This document shows, piece by piece, positions 9,619-19,852 of a stretch of 48,749 bases of DNA. The stretch comes from a virus. The stretch covers positions 78,784 through 127,532 of the IMG/VR virus record IMGVR_UViG_3300035338_000016, one strand, 5' to 3'. The number at the start of each line of letters is the position of its first letter. Within the stretch, counting starts at the first letter, position 1. The notes under the pieces are model-generated. The model saw only the letters and a list, made by a program, of their open reading frames with translations. It searched no databases and was not told where the DNA came from. Made by a program: the position numbers and the translations under genes.

Positions 9619-10629
9619 ATGGCAAGAGGACGTGTATATAATAACTTTTATACACCTGAATTATGGGAACAAGTCAACAAAGAAAATAAACGGATTCTTG
9701 ACGACTTCCTTTCAGAATATAGACAACGTAAAAAGAGTAAAGGTACTATTTCTGGTTATCAAAATGACCTTAGAATTATATTGATTTATATACTTAAAAA
9801 ATTAGACAACCGTTCTATTCTTGATCTAAACAAGAAAGATTTTCGTGGTTTAAGTTTGTATTTTACAGAAGAATGTGATATGTCTCCTGCAAGAGTTAAT
9901 CGGCTCAAAAGTGCAGTAAACAGTATGCTTACGTTTTGTGAAGATGATGATGACTACGATTACAATATTAATTATGCTAAAAAAGTAAAAGGTATTCCTC
10001 GTGAAAGAGTTAAGGACGATGAAGATGATTTCTTTTTCACTTTTGAAGAATTCATAAAAGTTAGAGATATTTTAGTAGAACAAGGCAAATTACAGTTTGC
10101 GGTGTTATGGTCACTTGGCTTTGATTCGGCAGGTAGAAAAAATGAATTGTTCCAAGTTGAAAAGGCAGGTTTAATTAACAGCAACAAAACTAATATTGTC
10201 GTTGGTAAACGTGGCAAGAAGTTTCCGTTGGTGTATCTCGATGACACAAAAGAATTAATTAAACAATATCTCGAAGAACGTGGAGAAGACGATATTCCTT
10301 CTTTGTGGGTCAAAGGATTCGGTGAAAACAAACAACCAATATTAGACGGGAGTGCTTTGTATGATAGGATTGTTGCTATCTCTAAGATACTATCTGAAGT
10401 GCGTGGTGAAGAATGTCATATTTTTACTCATACCATGCGTCATAGTAGATTAGAGTGTTTGGCACAAGGAACAGATACAAGACTTGTTGATAAAGAAGGT
10501 AATCCTATTAAATATCCGTTAGAACAAGTTCAAGTTTTTGCCCATCATGAATCCTGTGATACAACAAAAATGTATTTGAAAAATCATGATGAGGATATTA
10601 TTAATCAAATGTTTGGGATTGACGGCTAA
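9619..10629 (+). CDS. Tyrosine recombinase (XerC/D-like with N-terminal SAM-like domain)
   Basis: GRKNE, HTMRH, AHH, TKMY catalytic residues; ATG 9619 follows AAGGAAGTGG. Confidence 0.88.
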   Translation: MARGRVYNNFYTPELWEQVNKENKRILDDFLSEYRQRKKSKGTISGYQNDLRIILIYILKKLDNRSILDLNKKDFRGLSLYFTEECDMSPARVNRLKSAVNSMLTFCEDDDDYDYNINYAKKVKGIPRERVKDDEDDFFFTFEEFIKVRDILVEQGKLQFAVLWSLGFDSAGRKNELFQVEKAGLINSNKTNIVVGKRGKKFPLVYLDDTKELIKQYLEERGEDDIPSLWVKGFGENKQPILDGSALYDRIVAISKILSEVRGEECHIFTHTMRHSRLECLAQGTDTRLVDKEGNPIKYPLEQVQVFAHHESCDTTKMYLKNHDEDIINQMFGIDG

Positions 10630-10717
10630 CCCCCTACCCTTATGAAAGGAGACTTTCATCTGCCATTTCCCATACAATAATCAAATAGAACTACAATTTC
10701 AAATGTAATAATTTTTG

Positions 10718-10748
10718 ATAGACAGTCTATTTTTAGGCTGTCTATTTT
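10718..10748 (+). terminator. Intrinsic terminator-like hairpin
   Basis: ATAGACAGTCTA-TTTT-TAGGCTGTCTAT followed by T's. Confidence 0.6.
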
Positions 10749-10780
10749 AGTTGAAAAAATAAAAAGGAGGTGTATGGCTT

Positions 10781-11746
10781 TTGTCAGACACAAAATCTAA
10801 AGCAGATAAGCCATTACCTGCAAATAAACAAAAAGGTAAAAAAATATGTACTGCTTGTCATGATAATAAAAAATTAACTGATTTTTATTTAAGTTATAGT
10901 CCAATGTATTCGCTTGATAAGCGCACACCTGTATGTAAAGAATGTTGTAAAAATTCATGTTTAAATGAAGACGGCACAGTATGCATTGATAAGCTTAAAA
11001 ACTTATTACGTCAGATTGATAAACCATTATATTACGATTTGATTGCATCTGCCGAAGCTTCAGTCAAAAAAGAAAACAGTTATTTAAGTAGCGAGGAAGT
11101 AAAACTTCATGGCTATGATATTTTATCTAAATATTTTACTTTAATAGCGATGAGACAGGATATAGCTAAATCATATTCTGATTCTGAAAAAGACGGATTC
11201 ATGCATCAAAACAATAATCGGAGTATTGAAGAAAAGAAAAAAATTGAAACTAAGTATTCTGATACCAAACCTCTTTCCCAAAATTATGTTCAAGAAGTAT
11301 CAATGGTAGAAAAAATAGAAAAAGAACCTTTAGTATATAACAGTAAATGGAAAGGCAGATATACCGCAACTGACATTCAAACATTAGATGATTATTATAA
11401 TGGGCTTGATAGAGATTATAAAATCATCACAGCAAACCATAGGGATTATGCAAGAAAAATTGCAAAAGCAAGTCTTCAAATGGATAAAATGTTTGATGAT
11501 ATGATGAACGGTATTGAAGGAGCTGATAAGAAATATGAAAATGCAACAAAAGCATTTGACATGCTATCAAAATCAGCAAAATTTAGTGAGAGTACGAGAA
11601 GTGTAAATGATGTTGGCATAAGTAGTTTTTCTAAAGTTGCGGCAATGGTCGAAGCTCATAATTGGATTCCAACACATAAGCCATTAAAGAAAGATACAAT
11701 AGATGAAATGATAGATTATTTAAGCACCATCACAAAATCTTTGTAA
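10781..11746 (+). CDS. Putative terminase small subunit with N-terminal zinc finger
   Basis: CTAC...CKEC; directly upstream of large terminase; AGGAGGTG RBS, TTG start. Confidence 0.6.
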   Translation: MSDTKSKADKPLPANKQKGKKICTACHDNKKLTDFYLSYSPMYSLDKRTPVCKECCKNSCLNEDGTVCIDKLKNLLRQIDKPLYYDLIASAEASVKKENSYLSSEEVKLHGYDILSKYFTLIAMRQDIAKSYSDSEKDGFMHQNNNRSIEEKKKIETKYSDTKPLSQNYVQEVSMVEKIEKEPLVYNSKWKGRYTATDIQTLDDYYNGLDRDYKIITANHRDYARKIAKASLQMDKMFDDMMNGIEGADKKYENATKAFDMLSKSAKFSESTRSVNDVGISSFSKVAAMVEAHNWIPTHKPLKKDTIDEMIDYLSTITKSL

Positions 11747-11758
11747 TGGTGACGTGTT

Positions 11759-13510
11759 ATGAATAATTTTGATAGACAGCCTGATAAGGGAAAAAAATTA
11801 TATGACAAACAACACTCGGAAGACTTTGACAGTACATATTCAAATGACCCTATAAATGAAGTCTCTATTGACTATGAAGCGTGGACTGAATTCTTTTCAT
11901 ATTACAGATATTATATTGATGAGTTTGCTACAGATATACTAGGAATTGAGTTATTTCCATTTCAGAGAGTAATTTTAAGAGCTATGGGTAGAGGGCAATT
12001 TTCGGTGTTAATTGCTTGTAGAGGCTTGGGTAAATCTTGGATTGTAGCGTTGTTTTATATATGTATATCAATTCTTTACCCTAATGTAAAATGTGGTATT
12101 GCTAGTGGTAATTCACAACAAGCGAGAAACGTTATTATTCAAAAGATTAAAGGAGAGTTATCTAAAAATGAAACAATAGCAAGGGAAATTAATTTTCCGA
12201 TAAAGACCAGTTCAGACGATTGTTATTGTGAATTTAAAAGCGGTTCAGAAGTAAGGGCTATTACTCTTGCGCAGGATAGAGGCGGCGATTCAGCACGGTC
12301 ATGGCGTTTTAATTATTTATTGATAGATGAAGCCAGATTAGTAAAAGATGACATTGTTGAAACAATTCTTATTCCTATGACGAAAACAAAAAGGCAAAAT
12401 GCATTAAAATGGAAACAAAATGAAAAAGGTAAAGTCATTTTTATATCTTCCGCATATTTAAAAACAAGTGGACTATATAGACGATTTAAATATCATTTTG
12501 AAGAAATGACAAGAGGTAATAAGAATTATGTTGCTATGTGTTTTCCTTATCAAGTAGGAATTCAAGCAGGATTATTTGATTCTGAAGATATTGAACAAGA
12601 AAAAGCAAAACCATCAATGACTTCTGATAAATTTGCCTATGAATATGAAGGTGTTTTTGTCGGGTCTAGTGGAGAAAGTTATTACCCATATGAATTAACC
12701 ATGCCTTGTAGGACTTTGGAGTTTTGCGAATTAGAACAACCTAAAAAGTCGGATTCAATATATGTAATTACTCATGACGTTGCTGTGTCAGATGCAAAAA
12801 ATTCCGATAATGCTTGTACCCATGTTATAAAGTTAAAATTTCGCCCTAATGGTACATATTCAAAATCTGTAGTATTTACCAAGGTAGCAAATGGTATTCC
12901 GTTGGAAAAGCAAAGAGACTATTTAAGAGAACTAATTCATCTTAAATTCCCTAATTGCAAAAAATTAGTTATTGACGAAAGAGGTTCTGGTAATGGTCTT
13001 CCAAGAATGTTCTATGAATCGTGGGAGTGGACAGATCCAAAAACTAAAATAACAGTTGAGTACCCTCCTCTTATTAAAGACAATGATGAAGATGGGTTTA
13101 TATTGGAAAATGCTATACCTATGATTCGGGCAGTAAATGCAACAAATGAATTCAATACAACTTATTATCCATATATGAAATCATGTTTTGAAGATAGAAC
13201 CTTACAGTTATTATGCCCCGCAGACGAGGTTGATTCTCAGTATAAATCAGGAGATATGACCCCTGAAGAATATGCCCAATATATAGAGCACGATACATTG
13301 CAAAGTGAATTAAGTAATATTAAGCAAGAGTATTCTGAACAAGGTAATTTACAATACAATAGAATTGTAAAAACAAAGAAAAGAGATAGGGCAACTTCCC
13401 TTTTTTATGGGCTTTCTGTTATATCTGAATGGGAAATGGAGAATAGACAAAATTTGTATAAACAAAAAAGCAATGAATACGACTTATTGAGTCAATACAC
13501 ATTCTTGTAG
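11759..13510 (+). CDS. Terminase large subunit
   Basis: Q motif (FPFQ), Walker A ACRGLGKS, Walker B LLIDEA, ISS motif, nuclease HDVA and KRDR. Confidence 0.92.
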   Translation: MNNFDRQPDKGKKLYDKQHSEDFDSTYSNDPINEVSIDYEAWTEFFSYYRYYIDEFATDILGIELFPFQRVILRAMGRGQFSVLIACRGLGKSWIVALFYICISILYPNVKCGIASGNSQQARNVIIQKIKGELSKNETIAREINFPIKTSSDDCYCEFKSGSEVRAITLAQDRGGDSARSWRFNYLLIDEARLVKDDIVETILIPMTKTKRQNALKWKQNEKGKVIFISSAYLKTSGLYRRFKYHFEEMTRGNKNYVAMCFPYQVGIQAGLFDSEDIEQEKAKPSMTSDKFAYEYEGVFVGSSGESYYPYELTMPCRTLEFCELEQPKKSDSIYVITHDVAVSDAKNSDNACTHVIKLKFRPNGTYSKSVVFTKVANGIPLEKQRDYLRELIHLKFPNCKKLVIDERGSGNGLPRMFYESWEWTDPKTKITVEYPPLIKDNDEDGFILENAIPMIRAVNATNEFNTTYYPYMKSCFEDRTLQLLCPADEVDSQYKSGDMTPEEYAQYIEHDTLQSELSNIKQEYSEQGNLQYNRIVKTKKRDRATSLFYGLSVISEWEMENRQNLYKQKSNEYDLLSQYTFL

Positions 13511-13524
13511 AAAGGAGGAAATAA

Positions 13525-15105
13525 TTGGACAATAACTCTACAAATAATTATGAGACATCTTATTTTTCTGAATATGTTAAAGCATTTAATTCTCAGAATT
13601 ATATGGGAAGTACATATATGTTATCACCACAAATGCTTAATACAAACTTAAAAGATTTAAATATGTTATCGTCTTCGTTCACTCCTGAGCAAATACGAAG
13701 AATGGTACTACAACCTCATAATTACGAAGAAAGATTAAGACAATTATCGTTTTTTGATTTCAATACAATTGGAATATATAAACAAATTATTAACCTGTGG
13801 TCGAAAATGTTGACCTTCGATTGGAATCCCACTCCATATACTCTTGATGGAAAACCAATATCGACAACTGATTTTCATAGTAATGCTTTTAAAAAAGATT
13901 ATGCAGAGTTATGTAAGTTCTTTAATAGATTTAAGGCAAAAAATGAATTTTCAAAAGTTTTATGGAATATGTGTATGTATGATTCATATTACACTTCCTA
14001 TAGAGAATTTGAAGACCATATTTATTTACAAGAACTCCCATCTAGTCATTGTATGATTGATGCAGATTCTTATTTGGGCTATTTGTTTTCTTTAGATTTA
14101 TCATATTTCATGAACAATGGTGTTGATATAAATGCATATTCTCCTAAATTAAGACAATTGTTTAATCAAGCGATAAATAACAGAAAAATAAATTATAAAC
14201 CTAATATGCCCAATCGTAATGGCAAATGGGTAAATTGGACTCCTTTGCTTCCAGATGATGCTTATGTGTTTAAATTTAATAGACAATTCGCAGGATCTAT
14301 CCCTCCCCTACTTTCTTCAATGATTGATTATAGCAAAATTGATAAATATAAAGAACTTGAAGATGCCAAAAAAGAATTGGAAGCTTATAAAGTTGTATTT
14401 GCTACAGTCCCAAGACTTACAGGTAACAAAACAGGTAATAAAACGGATGATTTTGCGGTTTCTGCCACGGAATTAGGGAAATTCGTAGCCACCGTAAAAG
14501 ATACGCTGGGGAACATAGATTTTAAAGCAGCTCCATTAGAAGATTTTAAAGCATTTGATTTTTCTCCGTCTGCGAATGAAGCAAATTTATTAAATACTGA
14601 ATTGAAAAACATTATGTTACAATCGGGGACAACCGATGCACTGAGCATGACTGAGACTGTAAATATGGCTTCTGCAAGTATATATAAGGCGTTTAATGCA
14701 TCTATAGTTTCAGATGTTTATGGTCAGTTTTCAAATTTTTGTGAATATCACATTAATAAAAATTGTAAGAAATTCAAATGGAAGATAGATTTTTTAGGCA
14801 CAATGTTTGATAAAGATGAAAGAATAAAACAAGCAAATGATGATATGCAGAATGGTATTATCACACCAAGTATTTATTCTTCTCGTGGAATTCAATTTAC
14901 CGATGCTCAAAATGTTACGAATATGATGTACTCTATGGGATATCCCGATTTTATGAAACCTGTTCAGACAGCGGCTACTATGTCAAGCAAAGAAAAAAGT
15001 GATGGTAGGGATTTAAAAGATGAATCTGAACTATCTGATAGTGGCGCACAAACTAGAAATGCAGATTCTAATACCAACACAAAGGGAACGGAGGCGAAAT
15101 CGTAA
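13525..15105 (+). CDS. Portal protein (putative)
   Basis: 526 aa directly after terminase; AGGAGG RBS, TTG start; assignment mainly positional. Confidence 0.75.
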   Translation: MDNNSTNNYETSYFSEYVKAFNSQNYMGSTYMLSPQMLNTNLKDLNMLSSSFTPEQIRRMVLQPHNYEERLRQLSFFDFNTIGIYKQIINLWSKMLTFDWNPTPYTLDGKPISTTDFHSNAFKKDYAELCKFFNRFKAKNEFSKVLWNMCMYDSYYTSYREFEDHIYLQELPSSHCMIDADSYLGYLFSLDLSYFMNNGVDINAYSPKLRQLFNQAINNRKINYKPNMPNRNGKWVNWTPLLPDDAYVFKFNRQFAGSIPPLLSSMIDYSKIDKYKELEDAKKELEAYKVVFATVPRLTGNKTGNKTDDFAVSATELGKFVATVKDTLGNIDFKAAPLEDFKAFDFSPSANEANLLNTELKNIMLQSGTTDALSMTETVNMASASIYKAFNASIVSDVYGQFSNFCEYHINKNCKKFKWKIDFLGTMFDKDERIKQANDDMQNGIITPSIYSSRGIQFTDAQNVTNMMYSMGYPDFMKPVQTAATMSSKEKSDGRDLKDESELSDSGAQTRNADSNTNTKGTEAKS

Positions 15106-15296
15106 TGCTTATTACAAACTTCAAATCCATTTCAAATAAAAACATTGTTATGGTTGGTAACCAAATGAAAAATTATTTAGAGCGTTTAGCGTACTGCCCT
15201 ATTTCTTATGACGAAACTACCCAAGAATGGGCTTTCCAGAAAACAAAAGATATTTTGGATGCGATAAATTCGAATGAAGGAGGTAGATATGGATAA
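15105..15296 (+). CDS. Small hypothetical protein
   Basis: TAATG coupling to portal, GGAGG RBS. Confidence 0.7.
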   Translation: MLITNFKSISNKNIVMVGNQMKNYLERLAYCPISYDETTQEWAFQKTKDILDAINSNEGGRYG

Positions 15297-16638
15297 GAAA
15301 TTAATATCGTTTTCAATTGATGAAATAAAAAACACTCCATCATTAGAAGAAATCAACGAGTCGCAATTTATGAAAATAAGAATAAGAGTTTTTTCTAATG
15401 GTGTAACAAGACATGGTTATGGATTTAGTTTAGACACAGTTAAAGAATCAGCATTCACTTTACTTGGAAAACCAATTTTATATAAATATGATATATGGAA
15501 TGATGATTGTTCAAGTCATGAAAAAGATGAAGTTCAATGTGGTTTTATTCCAAAAGATAAAGAAGATGCAAATATTACTTTTGAGTATGACGAAGCTTTA
15601 AACAAAACATTTGTATGTGTGTCTGCTTATATTTGGAAAGTTTATCAAAAGAAGTTAGTTGAAATTCTTGAGAGAGATGATGGTTATAAACATGTCAGTT
15701 GTGAAATGTGGCTAGTAGAGTCAGATGAAGACAAAAAAGATGAAATTGGTTATATACCAGTATATAAATTTTGTTTCAATGGATTGACATTGCTTGGCGA
15801 TACAATCACAGAAGCATGCGAAGGATCTGATATGCAAGTAGTTAAATTTTCAACTAATGAATATGAGCAAGCTAGGAACGTATTTATCAAACAATTACAT
15901 AATTCAAGTGAATTGGAATCCGATGAGGATTCTTTTTTAATACAAGAAAATAGTGGAAACAAGGAGGTTAATATGGAAAATCAGTTAGATAATTCTGCCG
16001 TTGAAACTCCTGATGTATTAGATAATGCTAAAAAATGCACCACAGTAAACGTAAGTGTTTCTGAGTATACAGACACTTATGATGACAATGGTACTTTTAT
16101 TGAGGCTACATCTGAATATCACTCTAAATCTGAAACCAAGGTTGAAGAAGTGGATGATGCATCAACAACGACAGGAGCGGAAATGTCAGCACCAGAAAAT
16201 CAGATTGAAAATGCTTGTAACAAAAACAACTCTAAAGACAAAACTGAAAACTCTGAGGAAAACGAAACAGAATTAAAATGCGCTACTTTAGAGAATGAAC
16301 TTTCAATTTTAAGAAAGGAATTTAAAGCTCTTGAACTCAAATGCTCCGTTTTAGAAAGCTACAAAACCAATAAAGAAAACGAAGAGAAAAATGTAGCAAT
16401 TGAATGTGCAATTAATGATGTTTCTGGGGTTTTGTCTGTTGAGGAAATTGCTCAGTGGCGTGAAAAGGCATTAAATTGTGCAACTGTAGATGGCTTTAAG
16501 AACGAATTAAAAGCATTTGCTTTTGATAAACAAAAAACTGCTGGTGTTGATCCAGCAGAAACTTTAAGAAATTCTATTCCTAATGTTGTAGTTGATGAGC
16601 CGACTAACATCTGGGATAGATTAGCTAAAAACATTTAA
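15289..16638 (+). CDS. Prohead protease / scaffold protein
   Basis: N-terminal protease-like domain (LLGKPIL, SHE, VSCEM, GLTLLG), acidic linker, coiled-coil C-terminus; AGGAGGT RBS before ATG 15289. Confidence 0.75.
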   Translation: MDKKLISFSIDEIKNTPSLEEINESQFMKIRIRVFSNGVTRHGYGFSLDTVKESAFTLLGKPILYKYDIWNDDCSSHEKDEVQCGFIPKDKEDANITFEYDEALNKTFVCVSAYIWKVYQKKLVEILERDDGYKHVSCEMWLVESDEDKKDEIGYIPVYKFCFNGLTLLGDTITEACEGSDMQVVKFSTNEYEQARNVFIKQLHNSSELESDEDSFLIQENSGNKEVNMENQLDNSAVETPDVLDNAKKCTTVNVSVSEYTDTYDDNGTFIEATSEYHSKSETKVEEVDDASTTTGAEMSAPENQIENACNKNNSKDKTENSEENETELKCATLENELSILRKEFKALELKCSVLESYKTNKENEEKNVAIECAINDVSGVLSVEEIAQWREKALNCATVDGFKNELKAFAFDKQKTAGVDPAETLRNSIPNVVVDEPTNIWDRLAKNI

Positions 16639-16658
16639 TTAAAGGAGGATAATAAATT

Positions 16659-17150
16659 ATGGCTGAGACAAAAAATGTTTATTTGTTGAGAGACGTTGTT
16701 GCTGACAAAGTGAGAACAGGTACAGCAGCTATTGCATTGAGAAATGGAGATATTGTAGAAATTGGTGAAAAAACAAAAGGTGTATATACACTGACTGCAC
16801 CTACGGCTGATACTAAAAGATTTGGTATTGTTTACAATGCTGATGTTGTTATTGAAAGCAATAAGTATAGAGGATTGTCTGATGATCCAAGAGATATTGA
16901 ATTCCCTGCTGGTACAATTGTAAACTTTTATATTCCTGAAAAAGAAGACGAAGTTGCTATTACAGTTGCAACAGGATATGTAAAAGATACAACAACAGTG
17001 TTAGTCCCTACAGTTGGATCAACAGGATATACCGCAAAAGCTACAGCAGAAGCAACGGATTGTTTGGTATATACAATTACAGGTGAAAGTTTTGTTTCTA
17101 TTGGTAATCAAAGAGTAAAAACAATCGAAGCTACTTGTACATTGGTGTAA
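16659..17150 (+). CDS. Putative capsid decoration protein
   Basis: 163 aa, Thr/Val-rich, between scaffold and capsid genes. Confidence 0.55.
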   Translation: MAETKNVYLLRDVVADKVRTGTAAIALRNGDIVEIGEKTKGVYTLTAPTADTKRFGIVYNADVVIESNKYRGLSDDPRDIEFPAGTIVNFYIPEKEDEVAITVATGYVKDTTTVLVPTVGSTGYTAKATAEATDCLVYTITGESFVSIGNQRVKTIEATCTLV

Positions 17151-17176
17151 TTAATTAAAATAAGGAGGAACATATA

Positions 17177-18259
17177 ATGAATTTTAAAACAATTACTTTT
17201 TCACAAGATGGTGAAAAAACTTTAATTCCTGCATGGAAAGATTATGTAAATAATTATAGAGCAGTAAATTATGCTACAAAAAAGAGTTTTGATACAAGTA
17301 AAACTTTAGATGAAAAAGAAACTCTTGTTAATTCTGCTATTGATAAAGAAATTGCAAAGTTGATGCAAATTGATTGTTCTTTTGTGAATAAAGAAGCCTA
17401 TGCAACAAACCCTACATATCAGTGGGCTACATTTGCAGTTGTCAATAAACTTGTTGATATGATTATTCCAGATGTTGTGACAGAAGATTTTATGAATGTA
17501 GCAAACACTCAGACTATTGGATATGGTGATTCTGCTGTGTTCGATATTAAATCTGGTGACTTGTTTCAGGTAGTTAAAAATGGTAATTCTCGTAGGCATG
17601 TTGAAGCACAGAGACAGTTTACTGGTCAGAAAGCTCTTGTACCTACAAACCACACAATTACTACTGAAATTGATACATATAGAGTATTGGCAGGAAAAGA
17701 ATCTTTAGCTGATTATGCAATGAAAGTAGCACTGTCAATTGAATCTGAAATTGCAATTGACATTATGGCTGCTGTAAAGAATAGTTTTGATACTTTAACA
17801 ACTAACTTTAAAGAAAACGCATATAGCGAAACAGCATTTAAGAAGTTAGCAGCTAGAGTAAGTGGTGCTAATGGCGGTGCAAAGACCGTTGCTCTTGGAA
17901 CAGAACTTGGACTTGGTACAATTATGCCAACTAATGATTATTTGAAAATGGGCTTAGGTGAAACATATAGTAAAATTGGATATTTGCCAGTATTCAAAAA
18001 TGTTCCTCTTGTGGCTCTTGCTCAGAAAATTGATTGGAGTTCTGAAGATTATTCTTTTGCATTGGATGATACTTATATTTACATGATTTCTCCTCAGACA
18101 CAAAAACTTGTACAGGTAGTGTTTGAAGGTGGAACATTGGCAATTGCGGATGGTCAGTTCAGCAATAATAATTTAACACAGAAAGTTTCCTTGCATAAGC
18201 GTTGGACAGTAGGTTTAATTACAAATGCAAAATACGGAATCATGAAAACTACAGTTTAA
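17177..18259 (+). CDS. Major capsid protein
   Basis: 360 aa, strong RBS, position after scaffold/decoration, followed by terminator. Confidence 0.78.
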   Translation: MNFKTITFSQDGEKTLIPAWKDYVNNYRAVNYATKKSFDTSKTLDEKETLVNSAIDKEIAKLMQIDCSFVNKEAYATNPTYQWATFAVVNKLVDMIIPDVVTEDFMNVANTQTIGYGDSAVFDIKSGDLFQVVKNGNSRRHVEAQRQFTGQKALVPTNHTITTEIDTYRVLAGKESLADYAMKVALSIESEIAIDIMAAVKNSFDTLTTNFKENAYSETAFKKLAARVSGANGGAKTVALGTELGLGTIMPTNDYLKMGLGETYSKIGYLPVFKNVPLVALAQKIDWSSEDYSFALDDTYIYMISPQTQKLVQVVFEGGTLAIADGQFSNNNLTQKVSLHKRWTVGLITNAKYGIMKTTV

Positions 18260-18271
18260 GTAGTAACATAA

Positions 18272-18312
18272 TCAAAAGAGTCATTTGGCTAATAGTCATT
18301 TGGCTCTTTTGA
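18272..18312 (+). terminator. Hairpin after capsid gene
   Basis: TCAAAAGAGTCA...TGGCTCTTTTGA inverted repeat. Confidence 0.6.
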
Positions 18313-18343
18313 ATTTAAATATGGATAAATGGAGGAATTATAT

Positions 18344-19072
18344 ATGGCAAATTTAACCAAGGAAGAACGAGCTAAAAAAGAGCTTGCTGAGAAAGAGCAA
18401 TTGAGAAAAGAAATCGAAGATCAGGTGCGGTCAGAATTGATGGCAACATCTACTAACGATGTAGATTTAAAAAAAGAAAATGACGAGTTAAAAACACAGA
18501 TGTCTGAAATGATGGACATGATTAAAATGTTGCAAGCAAAAACAGAACTTGATGTTAAAAGTTTTTTGGAGAACGAAAGTAATGCTTCAATCGAATCTAA
18601 TGAAACGATTGATATGAACACAAGAATTTCTGTAACTTCAATTACTACAGGTGGAGTCAATATGAAAACATCTATTGACGGATCAGCTAGACATTTTAGA
18701 TTGGATAATTTAGGACAGACCATTCCTATTACTTATGAACATTTAATTAATTGTATTAGTACAGATAGATGGTTGTTTGAAGAAGGCTTGGTTTATATTA
18801 ATGATGCAAGAGTTGTTAGAGAACAATATTTAGAAGAGCATTATCAAAAATTTCTAACTCCCGAAAAGATTAAAGGGATTATGGATTTCGATATTTCTAC
18901 AATTAAAAATATGGTATCCAACACTACCCCCTCGATTCAAGAAACTATTATTACTTTCGTTGCAAGTAAAATTAATAATGGCGATACTATTGATATGAAT
19001 AAAGTAGAAGCAATTGGAAATGCTTGTGACCCAAAAATTGACGTTAGAGATATCGCAAACAAATTACGATGA
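18344..19072 (+). CDS. Hypothetical virion-assembly protein with N-terminal coiled coil
   Basis: GGAGG RBS before ATG 18344; position after capsid gene. Confidence 0.65.
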   Translation: MANLTKEERAKKELAEKEQLRKEIEDQVRSELMATSTNDVDLKKENDELKTQMSEMMDMIKMLQAKTELDVKSFLENESNASIESNETIDMNTRISVTSITTGGVNMKTSIDGSARHFRLDNLGQTIPITYEHLINCISTDRWLFEEGLVYINDARVVREQYLEEHYQKFLTPEKIKGIMDFDISTIKNMVSNTTPSIQETIITFVASKINNGDTIDMNKVEAIGNACDPKIDVRDIANKLR

Positions 19073-19082
19073 TGGAGGGCTT

Positions 19083-19517
19083 ATGAATACTACATATTCC
19101 GAAATCTTTGAATTAGTTTTAGCGTTATTGAGTTCTTATAAAATTGATGATATATATGACAAAAATGGTGAAGATGGACTTACTACATTTTTTATACCAT
19201 ATTTAAAAATTGCTTCGGGTGAATTAGAAAATAATGCAGGTATGGATTTATCAAATAGGGATAATGATTTACGTCAATTTAATTTTGAATTGTCAGATGG
19301 ACAACAATTAATTGTTGCAAAATATATTGTTATTGGTTATTTATCAAAAGAAACATACGATATTATGCAAATGCAATTACATTTACAAGACGGAGATTTT
19401 AAGACTTTTTCAGAAAAAAATAATCTTGATGGAAAGCTAAATGCACTTTATTTATTGAAAGAAGAAGTTGGCTATGATATTAAAAAGGCTGGCTATAATG
19501 GTTTTGTATGGGGATAA
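19083..19517 (+). CDS. Putative head-tail adaptor
   Basis: GGAGGG RBS before ATG 19083; size and position. Confidence 0.55.
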   Translation: MNTTYSEIFELVLALLSSYKIDDIYDKNGEDGLTTFFIPYLKIASGELENNAGMDLSNRDNDLRQFNFELSDGQQLIVAKYIVIGYLSKETYDIMQMQLHLQDGDFKTFSEKNNLDGKLNALYLLKEEVGYDIKKAGYNGFVWG

Positions 19518-19852
19518 ATACATTTTACAATATAGAATTATCAAATCAGTCAGTCATTGAATATCTGGATTATTTAATCAATAAAGTCTTTGCATTATTA
19601 CCGAAATTTGAAGAATCTAATTCATCAGAACAAAAAAAAGAAGCATTTGAAATTTATCAAAAAAATTTAATTCAAATGATAAATGGGAATATGGATTTAA
19701 TTAATTATGACTGTTGTATTACAGTTGAAATATTATCTTATTTGCAGTCCTTGTTAAATATATCAACTCATGAAGATTATAGGCGACATGTATTAAAGAT
19801 ATGTAACCTAATATCATCATTAAAGAAAGAGGTGATTAAAGATGGCTTATGA
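19508..19852 (+). CDS. Hypothetical protein (neck region)
   Basis: Overlaps both neighbours in the operon. Confidence 0.6.
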   Translation: MGINTFYNIELSNQSVIEYLDYLINKVFALLPKFEESNSSEQKKEAFEIYQKNLIQMINGNMDLINYDCCITVEILSYLQSLLNISTHEDYRRHVLKICNLISSLKKEVIKDGL

